A DNA stretch of 63,987 nt, filler included, from Fonticula-like sp. SCN 57-25 (taxonomy: Eukaryota): the NCBI GenBank assembly GCA_001724245.1. It is 6 parts of 6 records of this genome, joined end to end, with 100 filler letters (N's around TTAATTAATTAA, not from the genome) between each part and the next. Parts side by side here need not be neighbours in the genome. Positions count along the whole stretch, not along the records: positions 54,806 to 63,987 come from MEDX01000265.1; 5 more parts are not named here. The stretch is one strand, 5' to 3'. A program made the translations under genes and the position numbers. Below the pieces are notes generated by a model. It did no database searches, had not been told where the DNA came from, and worked only from the letters and a program-made list of their open reading frames with translations. Within the stretch, counting starts at the first letter, position 1; each line of letters opens with the position of its first letter. Below are positions 61,133 to 63,987 of this stretch, one piece after another.

Positions 61133-63987
61133 ATGGTTGGGTCGACGGCATCCTCGGCCCGCCCGGCTGCGGACAAAGGGTGCGCTCGTTTTCTGTGAGC
61201 TGCGCCGCATGTGATACTGACGCGTTTATGCTTTATGTAGAAGCATGCTCGACCGGATGTACGAAGGGCTTGTCGACGCGGCGGTCCTTTCGGGCCGCAC
61301 GTCGCAGGCTATCAAGGCCATCTCGAATGCGCTGCCCAAGCAGCTGATTAAAAAGGCGAACCCCGCCAGTCTCGTTGTGGTACGTTTTCCTTTTTGTTTT
61401 AGTATTATGAACACACTTTTTATATTTATTTGGCTTTTTTTATGTCCGGCGGCCTTTTGTTCCCCTGCATTTTCATTTTCTGTTTTTTTTTGGCTGACCG
61501 GCAATGTTTAGACCATGCGGCACGTGTCTGCGGTCACTGCGCTTGCGCGTCTCAACACGCTCACGCGCGGCGAGCACTTTGACGAGCTCTATGACCTGCT
61601 CACCTGGATCCCGCTGAACCTTCTCTCTGTCCAGTGGGAGTCTGTTCCTGGTACGCCAATGGTTCATTCCGCCATCCGTTGCTCACCGCCCTCCCCTGCA
61701 GAAGGCTCCTCTCGCCTGGTGCCGCACGCGCTCAGCCAGGGCCTCGTCACTCAGCTTGCCCTCCTGAACACCAAGAACGCCGTCGCTGGCCTGCGCGCTC
61801 TGCGCTTCGTGGTCGACTACCTCACCACGATCCTCGATGCTTTCGACGGCGCCGTCATCGATCAGCAGTTCCGCGTTCTCCTCCCGGCCGTCCGCGGCGC
61901 GCTCGCCGGTCTGCACGCGTGCATGCTTGCGACGCCGCTTGTGAACGGTGCGCCTTTTTTAATGCTTTTTTTTAGCGTTTCGGCGTCGCTTACGTACTTT
62001 TGCCGTTCTTTTTTGGCCTTTTTTGCTCCTTTTAGAGCTGATTGCCGTGCTGCAGCGCGTGCTTGGCCCCGCCTTCACCGCCGAGAACGCCGTTCTTCAG
62101 GCCGCTCTGAGCAGCGCCGGCACCGTTGACGCGCAGCTTCTCTCGCCGTACGCCAAGGAGCCGTACTCGCGCGCCCAGTGGGCCGCGTCGGTGGTCCGCG
62201 TGTCGCACCGCCTTGCCGTCGGCGCGGGGCAAGGCAAGCCCGACATGGCCGTTGCCAACGCGCTTTACAACATTGTCAACGGCGAGTTTGTCAAGCAAAA
62301 GGTCGAGATTGAGGCGGCGATTCGCGCAAATATTCCTGTCGATCCCTTTGCCCTGCAGATCTGCGAGACGGCAATCGTACGTTGGATGGTTATTTGTGAT
62401 GTGAAAGTGGAAATTATGTTGAGTATATTTAGTTTTGGATAATGTATATGTCCTTATTTTCATGTCCTTTTTTCGTATTCTTTTTCTTGTACTTGTACTT
62501 GTTCTTGTTCTTGTTCTTGTTCTTGCATTAGTTTGCTAACTTTTTCCACAGAAATGCTTTGTCCCTCTTCATCAACTTGGCGCGCCGATCGCCCCCGCCG
62601 CCATTGTCGACACCGCCATGGCCGTCTGCATGCTCCAGCCCATCTCTCGCAAGGGCGGCGCCGCTCTCGCCCCTCAACTGGCCCTCATCAAAGTCGCATG
62701 CGACGCCATTCACGCCGTCGCCGCCGCGTACGACGCCCTTTTTTAATCATATTTTATGAAATTTATCTGACTTTTTTTTGCTTTGTAGTCATGCTGCTGT
62801 TGCCTCGCAGGCGGTCAATGCACTTGAAGCTGCGTTTGTGTACCCGCTGCCGCTCTTTTTGGCGCTTGAAGGCGACGATGCGCGTCAGCATGAGCTGCTG
62901 CACTCGCTCGCGGACACGATGGCGGGTCTCGCCAATTTGGAGTTGGAGCGCAGTGGGCCGGGGACGCTTTTGGCGCTGTCGGATAGTCTGTCGCACCCGT
63001 TGCTCGTGGCGGGCAATTTCCGCGGACTCAAGAACATGTCGGTGCGTAATGATTTTATGGCGTATTTTGGTGTATTTAGTGGTTTTTTGTGGCGTAGTTT
63101 GCTGTATTTTATGACTTTTTGTGACATATTTTGCTGTATTTTATGACTTTTAGGCCTCTTTTGTTGTCATTTTCCATCTTTTTGTCCTTCTTTTTCTCTT
63201 TTTTACTGACCAAATCCGCAGCAAAATGAGCAGCTTATTGCCGAGCGCAACGGCTATTACGCCCTCGCGCACCTCGCCCGCCACTTCCCCAAGGTCAAAG
63301 AAGTCTCCCAGCAAGCCGTCTCGGCCATCACTGCCCGCTTTGGCAAGTCGCCCGCCGCGCTCGACAACTTCCTCGTGTCGCTCATGAGCAAGCTCGTCTG
63401 CCGCAGCTCGCCCGCGATCGTCCCCGCCGCCTTTGGCTTCCTTCAGCGCGTGCTGACCGAAAAGGCCGACGAGGAAGAGGAGGGCAAGGAGACGGCGCGC
63501 CACGCGGCCATTCGCACGCTGTCGCATATTGCGCGCCATTTGAACCCGGTGGGCGAGCGCGCAGAGGCGCAGGAGATGCTCATTTCGGTGCTGCTGCATG
63601 CGTTTATCGAGCGTGGTACGAAATTTAAAGTGGTGTATTGGGTGATACTGATGAGGGTGTGTAGCGTCGTCGATGCAAAACAAGCTTGCGCAGGACGCTG
63701 ATGACAAAAAGGTATGTTTTTTGACTTGATTTTGTGACTTTTTTGTGAGAATTGATGTCAGTTTTATGACCTTTTATGTCAGTTTATGTCGGTTTTTGTG
63801 ACCCTTATATGACCTCACCTGTTCTAATTCCACTTTCCAGGCCGCCCTTGATGACCTGACTGCGCTACTTTCGGCCGTCGCGGACGTCACTCGCCAGCCC
63901 CACTTTACCGTCACCGTCGCCGCCTCCCAGGTCGAACTCTTCCGCCGCACGTGGCTCCTCATCGTCCTCACCGGCCTCGACACGATG
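61133..63987 (+). CDS. Phosphatidylinositol 4-kinase alpha (PI4KA/Stt4)-like N-terminal helical solenoid, multi-exon, runs off the window
   Basis: AVTALARL..HFDELYDLL...L.VQW; L.P.ALSQGLVTQL; AFVYPLPLF; LFRRTWLLIVLTG resemble the PI4KA N-terminus. The kinase domain is not in the window. Confidence 0.62.

Overview
Gene-dense eukaryotic nuclear DNA with GC-rich exons and many short GT-AG introns (donors mostly GTRCG, CTRAC-like branch points). It is a pseudomolecule of six ~9-12 kb contig pieces joined by artificial N44-TTAATTAATTAA-N44 linkers, so adjacency across linkers is meaningless. About 33 protein-coding genes or gene fragments can be called. The gene content mixes fungal-type regulators (Cyc8/Ssn6, CreA/Mig1-like and Msn2/SteA-like C2H2 factors, an Ert1/AcuK-like Zn2Cys6 factor) with genes typical of animals and protists (Groucho/TLE, RME-8/DNAJC13, SMG1, class I aldolase, PGAM5, VPS50). 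This suggests an early-branching unicellular opisthokont such as a nucleariid (inference). Highlights: (1) an ATG4 protease reading in frame into an OXR1/NCOA7-like GRAM segment and a RUN domain, missed by the ORF track; (2) a Groucho/TLE-type corepressor alongside Cyc8 and a CreA-like repressor with an eh1-like motif; (3) a DHHC palmitoyltransferase with DHHN at the catalytic site; (4) an IQ+BAG co-chaperone with 8 nonapeptide repeats behind a 5-unit heat-shock element; (5) an intron-containing bacterial-type LUD-domain gene; (6) helically phased AATCAG/CTGATT clusters in three divergent promoters. No rRNA, tRNA, CRISPR array or transposon was recognised. All family assignments come from motifs recognised by eye, not from database searches, and exon boundaries are approximate.
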